From Ruminococcus albus 7 = DSM 20455 (lineage in GTDB: Bacteria; Bacillota; Clostridia; Oscillospirales; Ruminococcaceae), in the NCBI RefSeq assembly GCF_000179635.2, contig NC_014833.1, positions 30,001-62,000 on the forward strand: DNA of 32,000 nucleotides. Reading direction: 5' to 3'. The position numbers and the translations under genes were made by a program. Below are positions 1-8,510 of this stretch, piece after piece (position 1 is the first letter of the stretch; every line of letters starts with the position of its first letter). Below the pieces are notes generated by a model. It did not search any database. It saw only the letters and a list, made by a program, of their open reading frames with translations, and was not told the origin of the DNA.

Positions 1-408
1 GAATTTATCGCTGTCGTAATTGCTATTGAAATAATCACCTATGAAATTATCTTTTTTTGATAAAATGTAGAGCAGCAGAGCGGGATGCAGGCTCAGAGTA
101 ATACTCATGAATATACTCACCCAGCCGAACTCTCTGCCCATGCGCTTGTATTTAGCGGCAGAGAATGCCCAGAACATAATAACCAGCGAGAACAGTGCCA
201 TAGGGATATATGCAATATTATTATAAAGAAAAGTATCAAGTTCAAATGACATATCAAATACTTGTTTTGAAAAGAACTGAGTGTACAGCAGACCACCAAT
301 GTAGTTACCTGCGGGAGCACACATTGCCAGCAGTGCAGCGATACAGGTCATTACACATACTCCGCCGCCGCTGTAAGTCAATTTTTTCTTGCAGACATTT
401 TTAGCCAT
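1..408 (-). CDS. Integral membrane protein, N-terminal 136 codons only (gene runs off the window start)
   Basis: Hand translation of the reverse strand from ATG 408-406 gives MAKNVCKKKLTYSGGGVCVMTCIAALLAMCAPAGNYIGGLLY...SKKDNFIGDYFNSNYDSDKF with no stop down to base 1. It has several hydrophobic segments. The ATG overlaps the yfhO stop by 8 nt (ATGGCTAA). It is absent from the ORF track because it is open-ended. Confidence 0.6.
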   Translation of the reverse strand, partial: MAKNVCKKKLTYSGGGVCVMTCIAALLAMCAPAGNYIGGLLYTQFFSKQVFDMSFELDTFLYNNIAYIPMALFSLVIMFWAFSAAKYKRMGREFGWVSIFMSITLSLHPALLLYILSKKDNFIGDYFNSNYDSDKF

Positions 409-3400
409 TGTCAACATCACCTTTATCCTTATTTATTTTAGTATTATTATCATAACCTATTTGAGCTGTTTTGTCAACAGCATTTTCTGTCTTTGTGTCG
501 GGAGAGGTATCGTTATCGGATATCTCTATCATCACGGGTTCGGGTACCTCGGCGCCGCTGTATTTTGGTTCTGGGAGGGGTACATCTGGTGCAGGGGTCT
601 TTTCGGTATGAGAGAACAGCTTGCGAAGATACTTTCCGTGTCCGATATCAGCCAGGGCTACGATGATAAGCAGTATTACACCGAATATGGATATAATAAG
701 TGACAGCCGCCAGTAATTGGGTGAGAACTTCATTTTAACGATATTCTCGCCTTTTTCAAGGGGTATGGCGATAAGGCTGTCATCAACTGCCTTTTCGGGT
801 CTGACGGACTTTCCGTTGACCTCTATCGTCCAGCCGTTTTCGTATGGGATAGTTGTGAACAGCATCTGACCGTCCTTTTCGGCAGTGACTTTTCCTGCAA
901 GCTCGGTATCCGCAAAATCGGTTACTTCAAATACGCTGTCCTGCATTTTTTCAACTGCCTTGGAGAAACCGTCGTAGTCAAAGCTGTAAAACAGCTTATC
1001 GCGCCAGTAAGCTTCATTATCTTCATTGGCGATAGTTATGCGCACACGTATCTCCTGGTCTTTCAGGAATCTGCCTATCTTCATTATGGAGTAGTTATCG
1101 CCTGTGAAGAACTGTCCGACGTATTCCATATTGTAAGCGTCATCAACGTAGTCATCCTCTGGCTGGTACCAGATATTGCAGCTTCTTTCATACTTTGTGG
1201 GAAGATACATATAAAGGTCACTGTCTTTATCCATGCGCACTACGTAATCGACATGACACTCCTTGATGCTGTCATCAGCGGGATAGTACTTTATATGATC
1301 GTCGGTAGTACTTATAGTGAGGACATTCTCAATATCGCTGTTGATTATGTCAACGGGTGTGAAGAAATCATAGTCCTCACCTGCCAGGGCATTGAACAGT
1401 ATGTTCTGATTTCTGAAGGGGTCATCATCGTTCAGGGCTACCTCTTTGATATCACCCTTTGCAGCAACACCAAGACCAAGGGTATTGGGATTTCTGTAGA
1501 ACTTGAAAGTTGTGGGTACGGTCTTTGTTTCGCCGTCAACTACCTTCTGATGATCAATGCTTATCTCGGTTTTCAGCTTATACTCGTCAGGCACTTTATA
1601 TTTGCTGCTTACGAACATATCATTTCCCGTTTTGTCCATAATATACCTGATATCGAATATTGCATCTGTCATTGGGGTAGCGCCGTCATATTTGGTATAA
1701 TGTCCGCCGTAGGCAAAGCCAAGCCTGTGCAGCATGAGAAGAGCCGGGGCATTCATGGTCGAGCTGGAATGTGAAAGGCTTTTATAGCCCGTACCTATCG
1801 CATCATTTACGGTACGGTGGAAAGTAGCCTCCATACGGTAGAATGGGTCGGGGTCGTACTTCTCTATCATATCCACAGCCTTTTTCAGGTCGGACATATA
1901 TGGCTCGTATGAGCTGTACTTTGAATAGGAAACATCAATATCTATTTTTTTGATAGTATCTATATTCACTGCAAAAAGCTCGGCAGTAAGCACCAGGGTA
2001 AGGGAGAAAGCAACTCCCCGTGAACGCGGGTACCTGCGTATCAGATACAGCAGTACAAAGTATACGATAAGAGCTATCATGCTGACCCATATACCCTGTA
2101 TCACATTATAGGGGTCACCATTTTCGCTTTTGCGTGTGACGAACAGCTTGAAGTGGGAATAGTTTTCCCTTTCGCACCAGAATAGGAACACCATGAGCCC
2201 GAAGAACACGCCGCCGATATTCTTTGCGGTTATTCCTTCCAGTTCCTCAAAGGATCTGAATGCCATACATAAAAGCAGGAACGAGATGATGAAGGAATAC
2301 CTGAAGGGCAGCCAGTTAGGCACCTGAAAACCGTGCATAGCCATATCCCAGGGCTTTATATACATAAGCACTGTCATGATAACGGTAAGTACACCGGTGG
2401 CAGTCTTTTCCTTGACGTTGATCCTGTCATTCATAAAATACAGGGGTACCAGCAGCAGCACAGCTGTACCGCAGTATACCATAGGCATACCCTCGGGGTA
2501 TACGGTATCATAGGTCATGGGGAAAAGCTTGGTTATCAGTGACAGAAAATCGAACTGAGTAGCCAGTGAGAAATCGGGGTCTGTGAATTCAAACTTGCCC
2601 AGCTTCAGTGAGTTGTATACGGGTATGAGTATCCATGCGGCACACATAAGGGCGATAACGGTACCTGCACCGAAGGCAAGACATCTCAGTATAAATTTTT
2701 TCGGCAGTGCTCTTTCGGGGTCTGAAAGGCATACATAGCAGAAATAGAAAAATGTGAATATACCTACCATATAGCCTATATAGAAATGGGCTATGAACAT
2801 CAGTGCAAGTGGTACTATATATGGCAGCAGCCTGCCCTCGTATACCAGCCTGCGTACTCCAAGACATATCAGCGGCAGATAGATAAGTCCATCCAGCCAC
2901 ATAGGGTCCATTAGCTGCACCACCATGAATGCCATGAGTGCATACATCAGCGGGAATAGTATCAGTGAAACTGTTTTAGGCGGGTGTTTTGCTGTGCGTT
3001 TCAGGAAGAAGCAGAATGTTACGGCAGCGGTGCCGACCTTTGCCAGCTGCATGATAAGTATAGCGGTGAGCATCATGTGCCGCGGCAGAAGTGCTATTAT
3101 TATCATGAAGGGGCTTGCCAGATAGTAGGCGAATATTCCGAACATCTCACCGCTGAGATTTCTCGACCAGTTATATATCCAGCTTTCGCGTCCCCAGAAA
3201 GCTTCGCGGTAATGCTCATAGTAATAGACGTACTGTCCGTTAAGGTCAAGCACCAGCACTGAGCCGTCGCCTATGGGGTGTATCCTGAAAAATGCATAGG
3301 AGCCGTACATTATGGCTGCGGCAAGAAAGAATACCGCAAAGTACAGCCTTCTGTCTATACAGAATCCGCCTATGCCTTCAACGCATCTTCGCAAAAAGCT

Positions 3401-3442
3401 GCCCCTCTTATCGGGGGGGCAGAGCTTTTGTATATTATCCAT
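401..3442 (-). CDS. yfhO: YfhO-family polytopic membrane glycosyltransferase (GT-C type), 1013 aa
   Basis: The N-terminal region ...VLDLNGQYVYYYEHYREAFWGRESWIYNWSRNLSGEMFGIFAYYLASPF... followed by many TM helices is characteristic of the YfhO family. There is a large extracytoplasmic domain, a final TM and a charged tail. It sits directly downstream of, and overlaps, a CsbB-like GT2 gene. Confidence 0.88.
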   Translation of the reverse strand: MDNIQKLCPPDKRGSFLRRCVEGIGGFCIDRRLYFAVFFLAAAIMYGSYAFFRIHPIGDGSVLVLDLNGQYVYYYEHYREAFWGRESWIYNWSRNLSGEMFGIFAYYLASPFMIIIALLPRHMMLTAILIMQLAKVGTAAVTFCFFLKRTAKHPPKTVSLILFPLMYALMAFMVVQLMDPMWLDGLIYLPLICLGVRRLVYEGRLLPYIVPLALMFIAHFYIGYMVGIFTFFYFCYVCLSDPERALPKKFILRCLAFGAGTVIALMCAAWILIPVYNSLKLGKFEFTDPDFSLATQFDFLSLITKLFPMTYDTVYPEGMPMVYCGTAVLLLVPLYFMNDRINVKEKTATGVLTVIMTVLMYIKPWDMAMHGFQVPNWLPFRYSFIISFLLLCMAFRSFEELEGITAKNIGGVFFGLMVFLFWCERENYSHFKLFVTRKSENGDPYNVIQGIWVSMIALIVYFVLLYLIRRYPRSRGVAFSLTLVLTAELFAVNIDTIKKIDIDVSYSKYSSYEPYMSDLKKAVDMIEKYDPDPFYRMEATFHRTVNDAIGTGYKSLSHSSSTMNAPALLMLHRLGFAYGGHYTKYDGATPMTDAIFDIRYIMDKTGNDMFVSSKYKVPDEYKLKTEISIDHQKVVDGETKTVPTTFKFYRNPNTLGLGVAAKGDIKEVALNDDDPFRNQNILFNALAGEDYDFFTPVDIINSDIENVLTISTTDDHIKYYPADDSIKECHVDYVVRMDKDSDLYMYLPTKYERSCNIWYQPEDDYVDDAYNMEYVGQFFTGDNYSIMKIGRFLKDQEIRVRITIANEDNEAYWRDKLFYSFDYDGFSKAVEKMQDSVFEVTDFADTELAGKVTAEKDGQMLFTTIPYENGWTIEVNGKSVRPEKAVDDSLIAIPLEKGENIVKMKFSPNYWRLSLIISIFGVILLIIVALADIGHGKYLRKLFSHTEKTPAPDVPLPEPKYSGAEVPEPVMIEISDNDTSPDTKTENAVDKTAQIGYDNNTKINKDKGDVDNG

Positions 3443-4376
3443 TATTATCTTTATCCTCTCTGTTGCTGACTATTTCCCTTATTATATACCTTGGCCTCTG
3501 TTTTATCTCCTCGTATATCTTGGCGATATAATATCCTATCACACCAAGGCTGAACATTATTATACTCGATGTCAGCAGCTGAAGGATTATGACAGTTGGG
3601 AAACCTGCTTCGGAATTACCGAAAAATTTATTGTATAGCGTGTTAACACCCAGTATCACCGATATCAGGAAAGTTATCACGCCGAATATGGTCACTATCT
3701 GCAAAGGTGCAGAGGTGAAGGATGTGATATTGTTCACGGCAAATTTTATAAGCTGTGATGCGTGCCATTTTGACTGTCCTATCTCGCGGTCTGCGACTTC
3801 AAACATGACCCTTTCGGTGCGGAAACCTACCCAGCCTGACATCGCCCTGAAGAAAGTAAGTCTTTCGGGCATACGGTTAAGTGCATCTATAACGCATCTG
3901 TCCATCAGCTTGAAATCCGAAGCGTCCTGCATATCCAGTCCGCCTGTACTGCTGATAAGCTTGTAGAAAAGCAGGGAGAATCCCTTGTACATAAGGTTTT
4001 CCTTGCCGCGGTCTTTCTTTCTGCCCTCTACGATATCGACTCCGCCTTTTTCCCATATACGGTACATCTCGACTATTGTATCCACGGGAAACTGCATATC
4101 GCAGTCAAAGATAACGGCGCAGTCGCCTTTGGCAGTTTCAAGTGCCGCAAACATAGCGCTCTCCTTGCCGAAGTTACGCGAAAAATTCACAGCGACGATA
4201 TGGCTGTCAGCTTTTGCGAGAGTTTTCATTTTCTCCCAGGTCTTATCAGCCGAACCGTCGTTTACGAATACTATCTCATAATCTATATTATTTTTGGTCA
4301 TTGTACTGCCCACCGCAGCGGCAGTACGCTCAACATTACCTTCCTCATTATAGGCAGGGATAAGTACAGATATCAT
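3435..4376 (-). CDS. csbB: GT2-family polyprenyl-phosphate glycosyltransferase (CsbB/GtrB-like), two C-terminal TM helices
   Basis: MISVLIPAYNEEGNVERT...VFVNDGSADKTW...DCDMQFP is a GT-A/GT2 signature with DxD, and the hydrophobic C-terminus matches GtrB/CsbB. The likely start is ATG 4376, 8 nt after GGGAG. The track ORF begins at GTG 4385. The stop overlaps the yfhO start by 8 nt. Confidence 0.88.
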   Translation of the reverse strand: MISVLIPAYNEEGNVERTAAAVGSTMTKNNIDYEIVFVNDGSADKTWEKMKTLAKADSHIVAVNFSRNFGKESAMFAALETAKGDCAVIFDCDMQFPVDTIVEMYRIWEKGGVDIVEGRKKDRGKENLMYKGFSLLFYKLISSTGGLDMQDASDFKLMDRCVIDALNRMPERLTFFRAMSGWVGFRTERVMFEVADREIGQSKWHASQLIKFAVNNITSFTSAPLQIVTIFGVITFLISVILGVNTLYNKFFGNSEAGFPTVIILQLLTSSIIMFSLGVIGYYIAKIYEEIKQRPRYIIREIVSNREDKDNNG

Positions 4377-4394
4377 TACACTCACTCCCGTATA

Positions 4395-5147
4395 TCATAT
4401 TTCTTCGGACTTTTCAATATACTCTCCGTTTTTTCTTACTATGCCCTGTCTTACGGAATAAGCCCTTACAGCAAAGGATATCACCATGATGTATGCAGTC
4501 AGCTTGCTTAGAAATGCCAGCATTCCCGAAACGTCCTGTATCCCCTGAACATCCGTAAGACGGTTGATGATATCGCTTAACAGATTCACCGTGATACACA
4601 GTGCCGCCTTATTGAAGATATCTTTAAGGCGGAGTATATCTGTGTGGTTATCGGTAAGCTGTAGTTTTTTGTTATTTTCAGTCACATGGTTGCCTGCTTC
4701 TAAGAAAGCAGTGATACCTGCAGTCAGCCTGAGAGCGAGGGCAGTATTGATCATACCCAGCAAGCAGGCTGTTATATTTCCAACAGCAGTGCGGTCTTTT
4801 ACGATGAATTCAAACAGCGCGGATATGCCTGCGCTGAGCAGTGCTGCACCCACACCGATGACCGCATTTTTCTGCAGGATCATGGCAGCCTTTTCACGTC
4901 CGTTATCCGATATGATACTTTTTATATATTTACAAAGCGCGATACCCCCAAGCCCGCTAATGCGGACAGGGGGTCGTTCATCGTTATCATATTTAAGTGA
5001 TCCATACTGTCTGACACACAGCTCTTTCAGCTCAACTGCGCCTGCCATACACATAGCGGCGCCGATGGCTTTCAGCAGGAAACCTGCTGACCAGTCAAGA
5101 GGCAGCTGAATTAGCGATAATGTCATTCCCAGAAATATCAGGTACAT
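4395..5147 (-). CDS. Uncharacterised multi-pass membrane protein (about 250 aa)
   Basis: Long ORF with several hydrophobic segments (MYLIFLGMTLSLIQLPLDW..., AVIGVGAALLSAGISALFEF, ACLLGMINTALALRLTAGITAFL, LAFLSKLTAYIMVISFAV). The track start at 5195 would overlap the upstream gene by 44 nt. ATG 5147 lies 4 nt after that gene's stop, so it is preferred. I recognise no family. Confidence 0.55.
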   Translation of the reverse strand: MYLIFLGMTLSLIQLPLDWSAGFLLKAIGAAMCMAGAVELKELCVRQYGSLKYDNDERPPVRISGLGGIALCKYIKSIISDNGREKAAMILQKNAVIGVGAALLSAGISALFEFIVKDRTAVGNITACLLGMINTALALRLTAGITAFLEAGNHVTENNKKLQLTDNHTDILRLKDIFNKAALCITVNLLSDIINRLTDVQGIQDVSGMLAFLSKLTAYIMVISFAVRAYSVRQGIVRKNGEYIEKSEEI

Positions 5148-5151
5148 TAAC

Positions 5152-5712
5152 TCAGCCCTTTTTCTTGAAGGTGGATTTGATGAGCAGGCCTGCACCTGCG
5201 AATATCATACCGAACATCAGCACATACACATAGAGGGTATTGCCGTATCTGGCATGGAATTGCAAAGATGACAGGAGGGATATTACTATTATCAGTAATC
5301 CCAGTGCTGCAACGGAATAGCCTATAAAGCGTTTTTTGCCGTCCAGGAAGAAGATAAGACCTATGCCTAACAGCAGGGGTATCAGCATAACACCGCCTGA
5401 TATCTGCATACCGAACAGGCTGTACATACCTGCACCGAAGCCCAGTCCTCTGCCTGCGGATACTGTAAAGGAGTTGAGCAGCCAGTAAAGTCCGCCGCCC
5501 AGCAGTAAAAATCCCATAAAGAACTGCAGAGTTTCATTACCCGCAGAACCGGTCTTATTTGTATCCTCATAATAGCTCATAGAAGTTTTTTTCTTACCGT
5601 TCATAATATCCTCGACTTCCTTAGCTTCTTTTCTGTTTCTTTTTGCAAAAGCTCTCGCGCTTTTTTCTGCTCTTTTCATTTCCTTATCAAAAAACGAAGT
5701 TTTTCCAAACAT
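5152..5712 (-). CDS. Uncharacterised small membrane protein (basic cytoplasmic N-terminus plus about 4 TM), first gene of the operon
   Basis: The ATG is preceded by GGAGG at 8 nt spacing (reverse complement of 5721-5725). The N-terminus is Lys/Arg/Glu rich, followed by Gly-rich hydrophobic helices (LQFFMGFLLLGGGLYWLL, GGVMLIPLLLGIGLIFF, VAALGLLIIVISLL, YVYVLMFGMIFAGAGLLI). Confidence 0.62.
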   Translation of the reverse strand: MFGKTSFFDKEMKRAEKSARAFAKRNRKEAKEVEDIMNGKKKTSMSYYEDTNKTGSAGNETLQFFMGFLLLGGGLYWLLNSFTVSAGRGLGFGAGMYSLFGMQISGGVMLIPLLLGIGLIFFLDGKKRFIGYSVAALGLLIIVISLLSSLQFHARYGNTLYVYVLMFGMIFAGAGLLIKSTFKKKG

Positions 5713-5780
5713 AAATCATACCTCCGTTCTTATACGATACATTTTACGTCTATGGGATATTATCCCCTTCCGATGATATA

Positions 5781-5809
5781 ATTATAAGCTATTTTCCCCT
5801 GAATGTCAA
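5781..5809 (-). promoter_or_regulatory. SigA-type promoter for the five-gene membrane/glycosylation operon
   Basis: On the minus strand: TTGACA (5809-5804), a 17-nt spacer, then TATAAT (5786-5781). It lies about 70 nt upstream of the start at 5712. Confidence 0.6.
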
Positions 5810-5942
5810 TACTTCCGCGATTGCACTTATGTTAATATCGGTTGCGTTTTTTATACGGTAGAATGGTATATATTTCCAATTAAAATCAAGGAGAAGTATT
5901 TGTTGCTGTTATTTTACGAAATGTCATTATATTGCTAATTTA

Positions 5943-5971
5943 TTGACATTTAAGCTGAATTATTGTATAAT
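5943..5971 (+). promoter_or_regulatory. SigA-type promoter for the GH74-like gene
   Basis: TTGACA (5943-5948), a 17-nt spacer, then TATAAT (5966-5971). It lies about 70 nt upstream of ATG 6041. Confidence 0.62.
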
Positions 5972-6019
5972 GAGTGCAATAGTTCAGTATCGGTACGTTT
6001 GAGATATTTGAAAGGAAAG

Positions 6020-6047
6020 ATGAAGGATGAAGGATGAAGGATGAAGG
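6020..6047 (+). repeat. Perfect tandem heptanucleotide repeat (ATGAAGG)x4 spanning the SD and start codon
   Basis: Direct reading gives atgaagg atgaagg atgaagg atgaagg. The fourth ATG (6041) opens the 768-aa ORF. Confidence 0.95.
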
Positions 6048-8347
6048 ATATAAAAAGGTATGCGGCTGTTATATGTGCGGTAATGCTTTCGGCTGCGGTG
6101 CTTTCAGGCTGCGGTGACAAGAAGGAAAACAGTGAGAGCAAAAGTCAGGATAAAAGTGACAGCGGTGAAGAAGTATCGGGCGGAAACGACAATTACAACG
6201 GACAGTCTGTTGATACGGGCTGGGAATGGTCAAATGTGGAGATAGTCGGAGGAGGCTATGTGCCGAACATAATCTACAATCCCACGGAGGAGGGACTTGT
6301 ATACTGCCGCACTGATATAGGCGGTGCATATAAACTGAACAAGGACAGCGGCAGATGGGAATGCATAACAGACTTCATTGGCGGTGATGACTGGAACTAT
6401 ATGGGTATAGAAAGTATCGCCACCGACCCTGTGGAGCCTGAGAGGGTATACATAGCGGCAGGCACCTACTCCAATGCGAACGGAGCAATATTCTATTCGG
6501 ATGACTACGGTAAGAACTGGGGCATATTCGAGCTTCCATTCGGATGCGGCGGCAACGAAGTCGGCAGAGGTGCAGGCGAGAGGCTGCAGGTGGATCCCAA
6601 CGACAACTCTATAATATACTTCGGTTCACGTGCAGACGGATTTTGGAAGTCGGAGGACTACGGCAGGACATGGGCTGAGGTAAAGAGCTTCCCGACTAAG
6701 GGAGGATATTCAGAGGACGGATATGCACAGGGCATAACCTTTGTGGCATTTGACAGATCGAGCGGAGGATCCGGCAAGGCTACGCAGACAATATTCGCAG
6801 GTGTTGCGGCTGCGGAAGGCAGCTACATATACCGTTCGGATGACGGCGGAGAAACATGGATGGGTATAGAGAATCCAACGGCGGCGATGACAGGTGATGA
6901 CAGGCAGCAGCTGAAGCCTTGTCAGGGAGAGGTAAGCTCGGACGGGTATCTTTACACATTGTGGTCCATGAAGATAGGACCCAACGGTGCTACCGATGGT
7001 GCGATACAGAAGTACAGCATAGAAACAGGAGAGTGGAAGGAGATAACTCCCGATACGTCAGTGAAATGCGGATACGGCGGTATATCGGTGAACCCGAATG
7101 ATCCTGCCATGATAGTATGCACCACCCTTGATCTTTGGGCACCCGGGGACAATATATTTGTCAGCTTTGACGGCGGTGAGACATGGGGAAGTATATGGTA
7201 CCGTGATGAGAACAACAGCAAGGTAGATAATTATACTATGGACATATCCTCATGCGGATGGCTTGAATGGCATGGTCAGCTGAAACCCGGCTGGTGGATG
7301 ACGGGTGTGGCAATAGACCCGTTCAACAAGGATGAGATAATGTACGGCACAGGTGCGACTATCTACGGTACCACGAACCTGACTAAGGTGAATGAAGAAC
7401 CTGTAAATATAGAAGTTCGCGCTATGGGCATTGAGGAAACGGCGATATTCGATTTTGTTTCGCCTATGCCCAACGATGAGAATGCACCGGATCTTTATTC
7501 CATAATGGGAGATATCTACGGGTTCAGACATCAGGATGCGAATGTTTGTCCCGAGGAGCATTTCGGTGATTTCAAGTCTACGGATATCGACTGTGCTGCG
7601 ATGGACTATAATATAGTAGTAAGGGCGACGGACGAAGGAAGCGGTACGGTATACTATTCTAAAGACGGTGCTGTTACCTGGCAGGAGGTTAAAACTCTGC
7701 CCGAGGGTGTTGATAAAAAGGGCGGCGGTTCTGTAAAGCTTTCGGCAGACGGCAGTACCATACTCTATGCGGCAGGTGTTGCAGGTGCGGGGGTATTCAT
7801 CACCGATGACTTTGGGGATAGCTGGACGAAGTGTGAGGGTGTACCCTCGGCGGCGATGATAGAGACCGACAAGGTGGATCCCGACAAGTTCTATGCGGCA
7901 TTTGACGGTGCGGTATACATAAGCACTGACAAGGGTAAAAGCTGGAATAGTCTGGCGACACTGCCTGTATCGAATTTTACCATGCAGGTATGTCCCGATG
8001 CTGAGGGTGATCTGTGGATAAACATAGGTAGCGGGCTTTTCCTGATGGATACACAGACGGGTGAGCTTAATAATATGTCAGCGGAGATCCGTGACTGCAG
8101 AGCGATAGGCTTTGGCAAGGCTGAAAAGGACGGAGATTATATGTCGATATATATGCTGGGTCAGGTGAATGACAACGGGTACGGCGTATATATATCTCAG
8201 GACAAGGGAGCAACATGGAAGCGCATAAACGACGATGCACACAAATGGGGCAACGTGAATCCTGTGATATCAGGTGACCCGAAGCACTTCGGCAGAGTGT
8301 ATATAAGCACAAACGGCCGCGGTATAATCCGTGGAGATGTTAAGTGA
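6041..8347 (+). CDS. GH74-like (xyloglucanase-type) tandem beta-propeller glycoside hydrolase, predicted lipoprotein
   Basis: Signal peptide with lipobox LSGC (Cys24, codon 6110-6112). The mature N-terminus WEWSNVEIVGGGYVPNIIYNPTEEGLVYCRTDIGGAYKLN...W...GIESIATDP...VYIAAGTY and recurring S-x-D-x-G-x-T-W (BNR/Asp-box) repeats are typical of GH74. Confidence 0.8.
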   Translation: MKDIKRYAAVICAVMLSAAVLSGCGDKKENSESKSQDKSDSGEEVSGGNDNYNGQSVDTGWEWSNVEIVGGGYVPNIIYNPTEEGLVYCRTDIGGAYKLNKDSGRWECITDFIGGDDWNYMGIESIATDPVEPERVYIAAGTYSNANGAIFYSDDYGKNWGIFELPFGCGGNEVGRGAGERLQVDPNDNSIIYFGSRADGFWKSEDYGRTWAEVKSFPTKGGYSEDGYAQGITFVAFDRSSGGSGKATQTIFAGVAAAEGSYIYRSDDGGETWMGIENPTAAMTGDDRQQLKPCQGEVSSDGYLYTLWSMKIGPNGATDGAIQKYSIETGEWKEITPDTSVKCGYGGISVNPNDPAMIVCTTLDLWAPGDNIFVSFDGGETWGSIWYRDENNSKVDNYTMDISSCGWLEWHGQLKPGWWMTGVAIDPFNKDEIMYGTGATIYGTTNLTKVNEEPVNIEVRAMGIEETAIFDFVSPMPNDENAPDLYSIMGDIYGFRHQDANVCPEEHFGDFKSTDIDCAAMDYNIVVRATDEGSGTVYYSKDGAVTWQEVKTLPEGVDKKGGGSVKLSADGSTILYAAGVAGAGVFITDDFGDSWTKCEGVPSAAMIETDKVDPDKFYAAFDGAVYISTDKGKSWNSLATLPVSNFTMQVCPDAEGDLWINIGSGLFLMDTQTGELNNMSAEIRDCRAIGFGKAEKDGDYMSIYMLGQVNDNGYGVYISQDKGATWKRINDDAHKWGNVNPVISGDPKHFGRVYISTNGRGIIRGDVK

Positions 8348-8398
8348 TATAATAAACTCCCCTCGTTCGTAAGAAAGATACTCATATAGAAATTTTAA

Positions 8399-8443
8399 GC
8401 CATGGTATTTCTGATCTACAGTCAGAAGTACTATGGCGTTTTT
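8399..8443 (+). terminator. Intrinsic terminator after the GH74-like gene
   Basis: Two-tier hairpin: GCCATGGTA/TACTATGGC (8399-8407 with 8429-8437, one G.U) enclosing TTCTGA/TCAGAA, followed by TTTTT (8439-8443). Confidence 0.7.
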
Positions 8444-8444
8444 A

Positions 8445-8473
8445 TTGACAATGCTGCAATGCTATGCTATAAT
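8445..8473 (+). promoter_or_regulatory. SigA-type promoter with extended -10 for the kinase-like gene
   Basis: TTGACA (8445-8450), a 17-nt spacer ending in TGC, then TATAAT (8468-8473). Confidence 0.62.
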
Positions 8474-8510
8474 TGTTACGAATATAAACCGGGATTTGGA
8501 GGAGCATACA

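Noticed and set aside
389-703. A 104-codon plus-strand ORF, plus 117-320 (-) and 210-404 (+), at the left edge.
   Set aside because: They overlap the yfhO 3' end and the truncated membrane-protein gene in other frames or on the other strand. The open frame reaching base 1 with an 8-nt coupled start is the better model.
5888-5938. AAGGAG followed by a 12-codon TTG-initiated mini-ORF (MLLLFYEMSLYC) in the divergent promoter region.
   Set aside because: It lies upstream of the plus-strand promoter with no promoter of its own. It is AT-rich sequence and probably a chance occurrence.
8433-8510. N-terminal extensions proposed by the ORF track for the kinase-like gene. The same applies to rplD 16897, rpsH 22795, rpoA 30368, csbB 4385 and the PG-binding gene 13373.
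   Set aside because: In each case a downstream ATG with a strong SD gives the conserved N-terminus. The extension overlaps a promoter or the preceding gene.
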